DNA of 61,577 nt, filler included, from Choristocarpus tenellus KU-1152 (lineage: Eukaryota; Protista; Phaeophyceae): assembly GCA_964200185.2 (NCBI GenBank). It is 4 parts of 4 records of this genome, joined end to end, with 100 filler letters (N's around TTAATTAATTAA, not from the genome) between each part and the next. Parts side by side here need not be neighbours in the genome. Positions count along the whole stretch, not along the records: positions 42,300 to 55,340 come from CAXNAD020001604.1; positions 55,441 to 61,577 come from CAXNAD020008857.1; 2 more parts are not named here. One strand, 5' to 3'. This document shows, one piece after another, positions 49,001 through 61,547 of the stretch. The notes under the pieces are model-generated. The model ran no database searches, was not told the origin of the DNA, and saw only the letters and a list, made by a program, of their open reading frames with translations. The position numbers and the translations under genes were made by a program. The stretch's first letter is position 1, and every line of letters starts with the position of its first letter.

Positions 49001-52000
49001 TCTTGGTATCTATCCCCCCCCCAAAAAAGAAAAATCCAACTCACTTTATTAAATTAAGCCACTCCAAAAAATACAGCACTCAACAGCCTCAACTCTTTGC
49101 TCAAATAACTTTCTAACCCTAACCCTAACACTATACGTACACATAAATACGGAAGACAACTATTCTAACCCTAACCCTAACCATCTTTTTTATTAAAAAA
49201 AAAAAAAATTGAAACATTCTAAATTTCAAACAAACCGTCACTTACAGAGAGTTACAAAGAGTTTATAGCAATCTATTTCCTTACCCCAGCCCAAGGAGGA
49301 TTTTAGATGCTCGGCTTTCGAAAGTAGAAGGGTCAAGTCCATCCAGGTTCTCATACACATCCATGACCGCCTCCGATTCCGCTCCCTCCTCTGAAATAAG
49401 CTGCTCCGCTAATGCTTCCAGTCGTGCCATCTCCTCGTGTGCCGCCTTCAGCACCCACTGACCAAAAAAATAAAAAACAGCACGAGAGAGAGAGAGAGAG
49501 AGAAGAGTTTTCTTATTCCCAGTACAAATACCTAAATACAAAGAGATTTCAAAAAAAAAAAAGTGCTTCAGCATTCAAGATAATAATAATTATTATTATT
49601 TTACTCCTACCAACACTTTCCAGGCATTGCACGGTAGACTGGAGGAGGCAGCATTGTAGAAATAACACAAGCGCATAAATTCTATTTTTATTTCCACTTT
49701 CAGTTACGACAGTGAGATGGAAAAAAAAGAGAGGGCAAAACAGAGGGTGCTTTGCTCGTAACCTCAAAAATAAACCTTCCTAATGCAACAGCTACGATGA
49801 TGGTAGCAGTATCACCACGGAGGCGGGGTCTGCAAAACAAGACCCTATCCACCACGGGGAAAAAAAAATCACACGCAGGCAACACTAAAATGTATACTAA
49901 AATGTATACATTTTGACCGATAATGGTCACGCTACTTTCTCCTATTAAAACAATCAAAACAGCAGGGAAGATAGTGTACATATTCAAGGTACACCCTAAC
50001 ATAACACAACGTCTGGTGGAAGCAAAGACAACCAACACAACCACTGGAAACAGCTCTTCACATCAAGTGAAGGAGAACGCATCGTTCAAACTGATGGGTT
50101 TTCTAACACAATGAATTTCATCTACCGCACTTGGCAATGAAGCTGGGAGGGAGAAAATTATGAGAAAATTATGCAAGACCACGTTCATCACAAAGGCAAA
50201 TGCTGGGGACATAAAAGTGATTTAAACGTATGTTCAGTCTTTTGATCAAATTCCTGCCATTTTGACTTGAATCTCTCCTGGCTACTCTCTATAATGTGTA
50301 ATTCAATGCACAAATCTGGTAGGAAAGGTTGATATTGTTGTCCTTCCATCATCAGTCGTAATTCAAATCAGAATACATGGGAAGCCCTTACTCCAATAAT
50401 GTAGTACCCTACATATATTCTGAATTGTTGAAAAATTATTTACAGAACAAAGACAGCACAAATTCTGCAGCCATACAATAAAAATAATCTGTTTTTCAAT
50501 CAATCAATCAATAAATCAATCAATTGTACTGTTCACACCAATATCACACATACAGATCATAATACAAGCAGGTCTCCACAATATACATACATAACACACT
50601 CAAATCAGTTGCAGCAATATTGAGCCAACATGTGTTCGAACAAACTAACGCACAACACCAACAAGACTGACAAAAAAGATCATCATTGGTAGCACCATGT
50701 GTGTACCTACGCATAAAGGTTACATCAAGGTTACAGTTTGAAAGGTACATTCATGAATTGGGAGACTGGGGAGGAGATACTCCACAAACCAAGCCAGGGC
50801 AAACCGAAAAGCATATATATTTTTTTCCCATGATGATCTTATATATTCTGTCAAAAGGATGTATGCCCTTACAGTTCCGTTTTAGGGTTAGGGCAAGTGG
50901 CAATGCCCGTAACAAATGTAACACAAGCTTTGTTGCATAGATGCATTGTGCACACTATTATCAGCAGCGCCCAAAGAACTGAAATAACGAACCGATATAA
51001 TGTGCGTGTGAATTGTCAGTCCGAAATAAATCGGGCGTTTGAAAAGCAAGCAGGTGGTACAAAAAAAAATGCAACATTCAACCTCAGCACAGTTCAGTTC
51101 CTGGTTGACCCAACTAATGGTTGCTCTTTCACCTCATACGGGTCTACTTCAGGACAAAACAAACTGGTACAAAGACAACTCATCTCTACATTCCGTTTAC
51201 TGGGTAGTTAATGCTCTCAGTACATACGGGTCAACAGACAGAATGACAAAAGTCTAAATGATACAAAATTGTGGGGAGAGAGTCATCACGTTAACACTCT
51301 TGCTATGAGAAAGAACATGGCAAAGCTTTGTGTGGCATCCTCGGAAGGTTCGCTTGGTCTGCAAAACCTTGTGTTAGAAAAACGAACAATAAATGCCAAA
51401 CATGTAACCTCGATCGGTGTAGGGAGAATATTCCGACACCCACTTCGAATAAACCGTACTTACCTCTAATGCTGAAAGTGATGTCGGTGGAGCTTCCTCA
51501 GCGAGTAAATAGATGTCCATGTGCTCTGGGATGGGAACCTCCCTTGCCGCAAGACATTGCAAGAATGTCGACTTGCCACATCCGTTCTGTCCGATCAGAC
51601 CATACCTGGAGCAAAAGATCGAGAACTGTACTTAAAACTAAAACTAAGTTTGGCACATCGTGGACAGGGATAATGGTCGATGTAGGTCTAGGGTTTCATC
51701 TAATGCAAACTCGAGATGGTATAATTTGACATCTAGAATAAGCACCAGACCATGCGAGGGTACCTAGAGAACACCTGCGCTACAAAAAACTTAGGTAGAA
51801 GGATACCCCCTAATCCTCAGACGAATGAAAGCCATCGACCTTGACCATGAGGTGGCAACAGAGAAGTAATACCCGTTAGAGGCCGACGAAAAAGTAGGGC
51901 AATAGGTAGAAGCAGGCTGAGTTTTCGCCTTGTTGATATCCCGTGTTATCGGAGAGAAAGCGTCCGTCACTTCACTGTTGGCAAGACCTGGCTTGCGCTG

Positions 52001-52458
52001 ACGTGTGTCACCCCAATGTGTTGAATGAAGAAGCACATTCAGATATTCTGTACCATGCTCCTACCATCTACATCACGACATGAAGATACCTTAAATGCAG
52101 TCATGGACATAGAAATGGAACGTATCTAGAAAAGACAAATGCAAGGTAGAAAAAAGGTATATAGAGACTGTGTTGAAACTTCTAGCCCTTACCTTCGGCC
52201 GTAGTTCAGTTCGATGCTCGAGTCCTCCACGAGGATCCTCGAGTGGAAGCTCAGCGAGAAAGACTGGATCTTGATGTCCCGTGCTCGCTTTTCAGATGCC
52301 AATATCCCCGACGCGTTTCGTGCTGATTTCAATTCCCCCCCGTCACTTAGCTTTATCCCCTCGATACCAACACCTGCCTCCGCTGCCGCCTTGGCTGCCT
52401 TGGCTGCCTTCTTAGCCTTTGCACTGATCCTCTTGGGTTTCCCCTCCTTCGGAGCCAT
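42397..52458 (-). CDS. ABCF2: ABC transporter F family member 2 (ABCF2/Arb1-type soluble ABC ATPase), 3' end missing at the gap
   Basis: Exons (high-low): 52458-52193, 51605-51464, 49457-49285, 48470-48409, 47805-47660, 46957-46841, 46004-45894, 45101-45028, 43752-43587, 42860-42732, 42506-42397; all GT-AG and phase-compatible. [80 protein letters not shown], second Walker [18 protein letters not shown]. No TM domain. Confidence 0.93.
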
Positions 52459-52998
52459 TCCCGCTGCTCTGGTTTGTTCTTTGTGACAACCCGACGACTC
52501 CACGAGATTTGAATCCTCACACCGATCCAACTTTGGTTTTCTTAGCAGAGAAAAACAGATAAAAGGGGCTGCAAGGAAAAATCTAGGTTATTCCTCCTTG
52601 CAGCCTACAGTTACTTCTAGGGAGTCTATGTCCAACCTCGACCTTGATTGGTTTGGTTGCCAGGCGACTTGGTTAGGGAGTGATCATCGTCTTGTGCTGT
52701 GTCCATACGTTGCATCGCGCGTCTGCGCGCGACTTCTGCTCAAAAAATTATCATCGAAAACTTTTTTTTCGATCGTTCCCCAAAATCATACGTCATGAAA
52801 CAAATAATATAGTTTATTGATGAGGAGACACATCCTTCAAAAATCGGTACCCTTTTGAAATCTCTTCTCACAAAAATACTATTGTACTAAAATATTATTA
52901 TATTTAATATATAGTAAGACTGTACCACCACCATCACTACCCAAGGTCCTTTCCTTGGTGGGAGTCGTTGGTCTAAGAGGGTGTGTTCACAAACTGCA
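52459..52998. promoter_or_regulatory. Probable bidirectional promoter between ABCF2 and the divergent gene
   Basis: Start codons at 52458 (-) and 52999 (+) are 540 bp apart; contains a CGCG-rich patch at ~52715-52731. Confidence 0.5.
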
Positions 52999-54352
52999 AT
53001 GGCGACGCCAGTCGGGACGCCTTTGAAGTTCCCAGCTGACCCCCGCGACCTACCAGAGGACACCCCATCGAAGATTCGCTTAAGAACCGCCAGAGAGTGC
53101 CGGAGTATCAAGAACAGTCAGGTAAGATGCTTCAAGGCTTGGTCTTGCTTCAACTCCTCGTAATATACTTGACCCATCCCCGTATATGTTATGTTCGTTG
53201 TCACATCGCATATTTCACGTGCAAGTGCATCATCTTCCATTCTACTAACACTCAAAAATCGAAGTGCTATCGCTCTCAACAACACCAAACCTTCAAATCG
53301 GTTGTCAAATGTATCAACCCTCCAACAGTGTTTTGTACCACTCAAGACGATTGCCTCAAATACAGGAACTTGTGCAATGCCACCTCGCTCACAATATATA
53401 TATATATATATCTTCCCCTCATCTCACCTTGCGTGCTGATGCTTTTTTTATGCTGCATCTCGCATAGGAAGAGCATTCACTCACATCGGAACTCGAGGCT
53501 GGGAGTTTTTATCATGAGCTGGTGCGTGGATGTAATTCATAGAGTCTAGTATCACTTCTTCCTCTGCAAAGTGCTCTTTGGTTGACGTCATCAATTAAGA
53601 AAGGGGAAACTTGGACAACGGTGCAAATTGGGTGAACACAAGTGGTGTGTGGAACAAAAACGAAACTGCAATTTGGACAATTTTATCGACAGAACATTGC
53701 ATCTCCCATCCTACCTTGTTCGCAAGGAGATGGGTGGGTAATCTAAGCTCCACGGAATCCCTCGAAGCTTAGAAATGTGGGCACCATCGCTGTGACGGTA
53801 TCATACCAATGGGTTGTGATGGGTTCAAAAGTTCCCCTCCCACCACTCGGTCCTCTCTCGTACCTGCTGACTTTCCTCACCCTCGTTTATCGCCCTCTCT
53901 CTCGAAACTGAAAAGCACGAAGAAATGGCTCAAAAGAAGGCTGCTGATGTGAAGGCGGATGCAAAGCTACAACGAGAGAATCTCCATGCTGTTTTCGACC
54001 TCCGGAAGAAGATGCGCCAGCAAGAGGTAAAGGGGGGCTGGTTGTTCAATGTTAGTCCATTCTTCCAGGAAATATGTACCATATCATGAACATCCCTCTT
54101 TCTCCTTCGGTGAACGTTGAAATGTTGCCATATTATGGGCAGCCATATCATGACACACTCCCTGACCCTCTTTTCTATCATGTAACTGTCCGAATTTGCC
54201 TTGTGGAACCTCAGACAGAGCAATTGCAGCAGAGGTTGGCTCTTGATAAGGAGACCTGGAATGGGATACAGGCGGATAAGGAAGGTGCGCGCCTCCGTGA
54301 CAGGGAGGAGAGAGTGCAAGATAGACTAAGCCGGGCGGACTTCCTCACCAAG
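52999..54352 (+). CDS. Unknown coiled-coil protein, first four exons (3' part unresolved, probably runs into the gap)
   Basis: Phase-0 GT-AG exons 52999-53121 (MATPVGTPLKFPADPRDLPEDTPSKIRLRTARECRSIKNSQ), 53468-53521, 53916-54026 (HEEMAQKKAADVKADAKLQRENL..), 54215-54352 (TEQLQQRLALDKETW..). E/K/R/Q-rich helical sequence. Confidence 0.7.
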
Positions 54353-55340
54353 GTGACCTACGACACTGACTCTAATTCAATGGAGTAATTGCTTGTTGCA
54401 TCACATTATACCCTTTTGTGTTACTGCATATGACTCCTGAGTGCAAGACCAGCAGAACTAGAGCAGAATTCCTGACCAAAATGGTGACCGAGAAAATGTG
54501 ACAGCCTCTACTTCACGTGGTGCGTTCTTGGAATCATATCGTAAGAGGTAGACTACAGCCCTACATCCTTCTGTTGCTGGCACTGTTACTACAGATTTTG
54601 AGAGGTGCATCCCGAATGAAGCTGCACCCTCTTTTTCTTGCTTTATGTCAAGATGGTGAAAAGCATGTTGATGGAAGAAATCGTCGTGAATGTACAGAGT
54701 CTGATTGGGTAAGGCAAGACCATTGGAAGGCGTATGGGTTCATTGAGAATCATGTGTTGTGTTTGCACTGGGAAGATTGCTCTGCTATAAAAGGGGGGGA
54801 GTCTTGACCTGAAGATGAAAGGATCAGTGACTTCAATCACCAACTCTTTTGTTTTTATTTTTGACACTACACGATTCAATCCGGTTGTAGAGGAGACACA
54901 CCAATCGAATCAAACACTGACTTCAATTTTTGTCAAGCGGAATTCAAGGAACAGTCTTTGAGTTTCGGTTTATCTCAATATGTACAAAAAACACCCACCT
55001 GTACGCTTTGGAAAAATAAAAATATCAAGGAGAAAAGGCAAATCTCCTCATTCTTCAGAATGTGAGAAGATATATTTCCAGTATAGTTAAGTTCTTTTTT
55101 TACGACCACCATAACAGCAAGAGGCGAACCTCGAAAAAGAAAAACTTCAAAAAATTGTGCTTGTTTTGGTTCTTGTGATGAGGAACATCAGCATGCTTTA
55201 CATCAATGCAAAATATATATAGAAGATTTTTTACACACGAAGGAGGCACTGTGTCTCAAGATCCGTGGGGGGGGGGGGGGGGGGGGGGGGGGGTTACTTC
55301 GTGTCTCTCACCAGAGGGATTATGCAGGGTCCAGCTCCGT

Positions 55341-55440
55341 NNNNNNNNNNNNNNNNNNNNNNNNNNNNNNNNNNNNNNNNNNNNTTAATTAATTAANNNN
55401 NNNNNNNNNNNNNNNNNNNNNNNNNNNNNNNNNNNNNNNN
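55341..55440. other. Assembly gap / scaffolding linker
   Basis: N44-TTAATTAATTAA-N44. Confidence 0.97.
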
Positions 55441-55620
55441 CAGTAGCGAAAGGGGTCGCACTAGTTGGTCATCGGATAGGGGAGGTGACCGGAAATCAGT
55501 AGCGAAAGGGGTCGCACTAGTTGGTCATCGGATAGGGGAGGTGACCGGAAATCAGTGGCGAAGGGGTCCCACTAGTTGGACATCAGATGTGGGGGGTGAC
55601 TGGAAATCAGTGGCGAAGGG
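55441..55620. repeat. 56-bp minisatellite (about 3 copies, abutting the gap)
   Basis: Unit CAGTAGCGAAAGGGGTCGCACTAGTTGGTCATCGGATAGGGGAGGTGACCGGAAAT. Confidence 0.88.
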
Positions 55621-57043
55621 ATATCTAGAATAAGAGGTGGGGATAAATATCTAAATTGTAATAGTACAACCCGATCTAGAACACTCTCCAATGTATATTG
55701 ATAGTGATAACTAAAAAAGAGTGGAATTTAGTGAAAAACAAATTCGTGAAGACCAGATGTACCCAGAACTTACATCTATTGTATACTTTATGTACTAGTA
55801 TAAAATGGAGACAAATATGTAGAATGTGACAGTACAACTCAAGGTATAATGCCAACCCATAAAAGGTGGTATTAGAAAACATGAGCCAAATCTAGCTTCA
55901 TCTTTAAAGTTTTTAAAAATGTGTTTTTCTGTTGATTTTCTCAGAGGTATAATGGAAAGATGAAAAATGTATTATCACAGGAAAAGGAGTAAAAAATCTC
56001 AGCGAACTTGGTTCTTTTTTAATTGTGGTTAAATTATATTTCTTGATTTATAATTTTCATCCTTTTCCTCACAATTAAACTACCACACAAATCCAGGCCT
56101 ACCCTGAGCCTACCTCGACCTCTTTTAGGATCACTGACTATTTCGAAATCCAATTAGTCATGCTACTTCGCAATGAAGGTAAACATTTGTTCATTTCAAG
56201 AAGTATAAACCACCACCTAACCCTAACTAATCACAACATAGTCTTCAATACTTACTGAGGAAAAGCACATGAACATAGGAACTTCACCATACTTAAACCC
56301 AACCCTAACCATATTTTTTCTCCATAAAAGTCCAAATTAATAAACCGCTTGAAGCAGTGACAGAATAATTTTCAGTACTAACCCTAACCCGACTAATACT
56401 ACTAATACAATATCAATCCCACGCATGCAAGCAACTAACCCTAAAATCGCGACATGGAAAAACAGACCCCCAATGGACAGCCGCCCCCATCCCCCCAGAT
56501 ACTTGGTCCTTTTAGGGCATCGAGAGGTTTATTATCTTGTTCTTCCAGGTTTTGGTATTGCTAACCAGACTGAACGGTTACCTACATCACATGATTGCAA
56601 CTGAATAGAAAATGAAGTACAAAAATAGAACCAAGGCGACATAAAAAAGAACTTCCATCTGAAGAAAACTTGTACAACGCACTATTTTCGTCTTTGTATT
56701 GGTGAGAACTGGGGAAGTTTATAGTCTGAGTGTTACAGGTGAGAGAACTCTGGAAGGAATGATATATGGGGAACAGAGTGCTGATTAGGGTAAAAATAAA
56801 ATAATGAGAAGGTGACGAAGAGTTAAGTGTTGAGTGGCTAGGACGCAGAAGAGGTAGGAGAGAACTTGGGGGGGGAGGTCGAGTTCAGACAGGGTAGATA
56901 CCTTCTACTTCAAAGTCACGGTATTCAAGAGGATGATGAAGGGGTGTTCTTGGATTTTTGCGGAGTGGTGATGAATGGTGTGGTGGAGTGGAAAGTGGTG
57001 TGGGGTTGAGTGGGGTTGAATGGTGGGGTGGAGTTGAAATTGG

Positions 57044-57200
57044 TGGTGACTGGAAATCAGTGGCAAAGGGGTTGCACTGGTTGGTCATCAGATGTGGTTG
57101 GTGACTGGAAATCAGTGGCAAAGGGGTCGCACTGGTTGGTAATCAAATGTGGTTGGTAACTGGAAATCAGTGACGAACGGGGTTTGCACTGACTGGTCAC
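57044..57200. repeat. Second array of the same 56-bp minisatellite
   Basis: GGTGACTGGAAATCAGTGGCAAAGGGGT.GCACTGGTTGGT repeated about 3 times. Confidence 0.85.
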
Positions 57201-57354
57201 AAGTGGTGTTGCAATGGGGGGGTAGAATAGGTGGAACCCAAATAAAGAAAAAAATAATAATCCAGAATTCACGAACAAAACGCAAAAAATGTTTTTCTAA
57301 AACACCTAATTATAACCCCCAATAAGAAAAATAAAGCACAATTACAAACTTACC

Positions 57355-57575
57355 TAAAATAGTGTAAGGCCAGGTGCAGGTTCTCCTATGACTACCTTGT
57401 TACGACTTCATCCCAGTTGTTTATCTAGCCCTTAATAGGGTCTCTCTTAATATATTTTTTAAAATAAAGAGTATATCTTTATTTGTAGCATTTTCAAATT
57501 CTATTCAATTTAAACACAATCTTTGCACCAAATTAGCTTCCAGGATATGATGGGCATTATGTGCAAGGCTCACTG
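57355..57575 (-). pseudogene. rns: Organellar (probably mitochondrial) SSU rRNA 3' fragment, NUMT
   Basis: CTACCTTGTTACGACTTCATCCCAG matches the universal 1492R region; a decayed 1392R-like site ATGATGGGCATTATGTGCAAGGC lies at ~57547. AT-rich. Confidence 0.8.
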
Positions 57576-57589
57576 ACTTTATAAAGGCT

Positions 57590-57910
57590 AAAAACACACA
57601 AACACAAAACAACCTTTCCCAGGTTGATGTCTCCATCATAGAAGATAAGCTACAAAGAATAACAAGACATCCGATTTTGGAATCATAGCAAAAAATTGAC
57701 TTGCAATAGTAGGTGAACCTTCATATACATCTGCAAACCATAGATGAAAAGGAGTGACACCCAATCAAAATAGCAAACTAGAACCAATAAAAGTGCAAGC
57801 TAAAGAAAAAATATATATTCTGAATTCTCAGTCAATGTGAATAAAACAGGAAAAGTGGTAGTCCTATTAAAAAAATACATTAGAGAAAAACCAAAACGAA
57901 AAACAGCTTA
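57590..57910 (-). pseudogene. nad2: Mitochondrial nad2 fragment, NUMT
   Basis: Minus-strand translation [33 protein letters not shown] (nad2 [15 protein letters not shown] motif) and FGFSLMY upstream; stop and indels present. Confidence 0.82.
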
Positions 57911-59079
57911 GGCTTAAAATGTTGATATATCCATTGAAAAGGTGGATACATTGTGACTCTCACGCTATACTCCACGCATTCATATTCCTGGGGGCAATGC
58001 ACCACACCTTTACAACATTGCAGATCTTGCCTGCTATCACTAGGATGTCTTGTAACTAAATCTCATGCGAATGACACTTTTAATCTATTGAACATAATAG
58101 ACGCAACAAAATAATATGAAATATATACATATATATATCCATCTCCAACCCCAAACGGAAAAAAACGGAAATAGCAAACTAAAAAATTACAATGTGGATG
58201 CCGTACAAAAATAATATAAAAACCAAAACATTTCGACTAAAATCTACGTTATTCTATTTTAAACCAATCGATACAATTGAATCATCAAAATTTACGATAT
58301 ATATGAACACAACATTGACAAAGAGAAAAGAGCCCAATGATTCAAACACGAAACAGTCATCTCTAACATGAAGGGTCCCAGAACCAAGGAGGTGTTTCTA
58401 TCTACTCACAGTCACATATCAAATGATCAAGTCCATTCCGATTCACCCACTACCAACACATGATACCACCCCCAGTATTAAGGACAGTATCCTAGGTCAG
58501 ACCCCCATTCTGATGTATGGGCCGGATGGAACCCTGACTTGCACAATTTTCTCATGGGACCTTAGCAATGTTGGCAGCATTGGTAGCACCTTTCCCCCAA
58601 CTATTGGGTGCTGGTGAGTAGTGTGTGGACCTTGGTCGCCACTCCACCAAAGGTACAAAGAGTATTTCTCTATTTTTTATTCTATATAGTTTCAAAAGAG
58701 GTATTATGTGTTTCTTCGAGCATTGTGTTGTTTTGCTTCTCACCTGACTACTCTTTGATGGCAGGTTCAATATACCCTCTTGACGGGGTGATAGATACAC
58801 CCTACAATCGCCTATGATGTTCAACCCAAGGTAATTAAACACAAAACACATTCTGGAGGCCTGATCCCACACAAACATCAACACACAAACATATACAAAC
58901 ATCAATGCACACAAGACAAAAAGGGCTATACCGCCCTTAGCTAGGTAACATAATTTTTTTTCCCGACACCAATGTAAACTACTGATGTATGAAGAAAAAC
59001 ACTTTCTGGTAACAAGTCAAGACAGATGTGATTTCCCCTAACACTGAGAGCAAACACATGGTCATGCAGTCCTGCAGTT

Positions 59080-60330
59080 CTAGTTAATATCCACATTCCA
59101 TCGAATGAGAAGCTCAGGCGAGAGCCATGAGCACATGATCTCATCCATTCTTGAAAGGGTTTCAGGGCGAAGCTCATCCATGAAAGGGGTCTGGACGTGC
59201 CCGTCCTCTGACTTCACCCTTACGTCCAAATCAAAGATCTGCCGAGGAGCATCAATGCAGTCCTCGATGGCAACGTTTGGCAAGTTCATACCAAAGAACC
59301 TTACGACTTTGCAGAAGAATGTTGATTCATCGGAGAGTACATCCTTATAGAATAAAAGTAGCGATTCTGATCGAAGAACTGTCCCAAACAGTATATTTCC
59401 TGACCATTGTCCTTTGGCAGTAGTTGGACAGCAGGCTGAGAACAAAAGAATCCATCTCGGCTTGTGAATCTATCCAGTTCTGTTTTTTCCCCATGAAGTA
59501 CAGACTTGTTACTGCTGCTCGAGGATCACGAATTATGGCCAACTGGGAGCTCTCATCCACAATGCTGCAACCATCATTGCCAAGGGATCCATCCAAGCAC
59601 GCCAAGATTTTCATTTTTTTCTCTGGTGTGGTCGCATCAGTGATATTAGAGCAGGGATAGCTACCATGTTCTGGGTCAAAGTATCAGGGGTGGGGGGTGT
59701 CGGCATCCGTTTTTCACCCTTTTTTTGATGTTCACTTTTTTGGTGTGATTTAGTCGCCCGTGTCGGATTTGAAATATTTCAGCAAAAAAATGAGTTGTTT
59801 GACCGAAACGGACGCCCCCTCACAAACCAGCCCCCCCCCCCAGATACTTTGAGTCTTCAGAAGTTGCAATCACAAACTGGTGACCGTAGCTGATGGTGCA
59901 ATCCAATCCAAGAGGGAGATCATGCTTACCAAATTCCACCACGTTTATTTCAACTCTGTGTCAAGGTCATGCACGGGGTTACAAAGTCACATTTGAGAAA
60001 GTAGCATAGTAGCATAAGAATTCAAGTAGGCGATATATTGTGCTTACATGTGGCTTCTTGCATCTGTAGAGTTGAGTCAACATTTGAGTTTGAAGCTTGT
60101 ACAACAAGAAAATAATGGAGTTGTCGGACACAACAGTTTACAACAGGTGATGAGGCACCTGGGTTTGAATCAACAACACTGGGACATAATACAGGACTAT
60201 TAAATGCAATTCTCTCCAAAATGATATATATCAGTGGATGTGAAGTCTTCTACCCTTGAAGAAGAGGATCTTTGACCTTTTTTCTTATTTTCTAATGTTC
60301 TAACAGTTTTTACCCAGTATATTATTCCTG
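59080..60330 (-). pseudogene. Sulfotransferase pseudogene, disrupted by a MITE and frameshifts
   Basis: 3'-PSB motif IIRDPRAAVTSLYF; LLFYKDVLSD..KVVRFFG; C-terminal FMDELRPETLSRMDEIMCSWL; KHDLP upstream of the MITE; possible decayed 5'-PSB LLQG*KTS near 60260; 1-bp frameshift near 59397. Confidence 0.72.
59673..59855. mobile_element. MITE family C inserted in the sulfotransferase coding sequence
   Basis: GGGTCAAAGTATCAGGGG / CCCCAGATACTTTGAGTC; closely similar to 61361-61547. Confidence 0.85.
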
Positions 60331-61360
60331 TGTGGCATATAGCACCACAATGCATGAGCAAAATGTGTCTCTCTCATCGCCAACTACCTCGTCACATGAT
60401 AGTGAATGTTCCACTACGAACAGTGTGCCAGAGTGGTATCACGTCTGCCAATGCCTTGCGGTTTGTTGTGGTCACCTAAATATATTTTGGAACAACACAA
60501 ATTCGAAACCTCCAGTTGATTCGACTGAACTTTACAACTCTCCTGAAACTAAACAGAAAAACCATTATGACTCAGATTCGTAGTTGGTAAGTATATTGGC
60601 CCGAAGCAGGGACTACCTAGGACCTACTGGAGTGGAATGGAGTTGGCAGGTAGGGGAGTGGTATATTGGTTTCCATACTCTCAGCTACTCTACTTAAGTA
60701 GCAGTTTGCATAGATCATAACTTACGTTTTCCGCCTGATCTTCTATTGTTTCTTTGTTGCAGCCTGTTGCACCACCTTTTTGCTTTTCTCCCCCTTGCAT
60801 TCTTCTGCTCGGCCAATGCAATGTTCCTCAACACTATACCCAGTACATATTGAACAATGCAGAACATGTTTCTACCACAGGGGGGTGGTCTGGTCCAACC
60901 AAATTATCTGGTGCAACTCCGTACATCCCTTTGAGCCCCAATCAGAAAGGATGTAGTAACCGCAATTGTAGTGCATCTGGGGGTATCACTAATGGGGTTG
61001 TAGATAGGGGTAAATCACAGTTGCAATAAAAAAAAGAGACAACTGGTTAGCCTACCTGGGAATCCAATTTGGTTGCAAGCTCCTTATTTTTGGGAGAGTC
61101 TGATGGTGTCCAATCCTTGTGGGGAGCATGTGTTCTTTGCCCTTAACCTCACACTCTAAACGCAATATTAAAACAATCTTGCAGCTATTGCCAATTTGCA
61201 CTGCTTGTCGACAGGCATCAACAACACTAACGTGTCTGACACACCCACTCCATTCAGGAGTCGTTGCCGCGAATGAGTTCGTAGAGGTTTTATGCCTCAC
61301 ACATTTGTGGACGTGGAATCCTCATCAAAAAGGGTGCTCTGCCATACAAGTGTAGTGTGT

Positions 61361-61547
61361 GTGTCAGAGTATCTGGGGGGGGTGTGGTGTCGGCGTCCGT
61401 TTTTCACCCTTTTTTCGAATTTCACTTTTTTGGTGTGATTTGATCGCACGTGTCGGATTTGAAATGTCAACAAAAAAAAGAGTTGTTTGACCGAAAACGA
61501 ACACCCCCTCCCAAACCACCCCCCCCCCCCCCTAGATACTTTGACCC
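61361..61547. mobile_element. MITE family C
   Basis: GTGTCAGAGTATCTGGGGG / CCCTAGATACTTTGACCC; same interior as 59673-59855. Confidence 0.85.

Noticed and set aside
49113-49182. (CCCTAA)n telomere-like repeats
   Set aside because: Only 2-3 units inside an ABCF2 intron; not a telomere.
54600-55000. Possible solo LTR with a TATA-like CTATAAAAGGGGGG
   Set aside because: No second copy, clear termini or TSD in this window.
57355-57575. Functional rRNA gene
   Set aside because: Only a short, mutated 3' fragment fused to a nad2 piece.
60600-61355. Short ORFs with a twice-seen P.QKGCS peptide
   Set aside because: No recognisable domain or consistent splice model; too weak to call.
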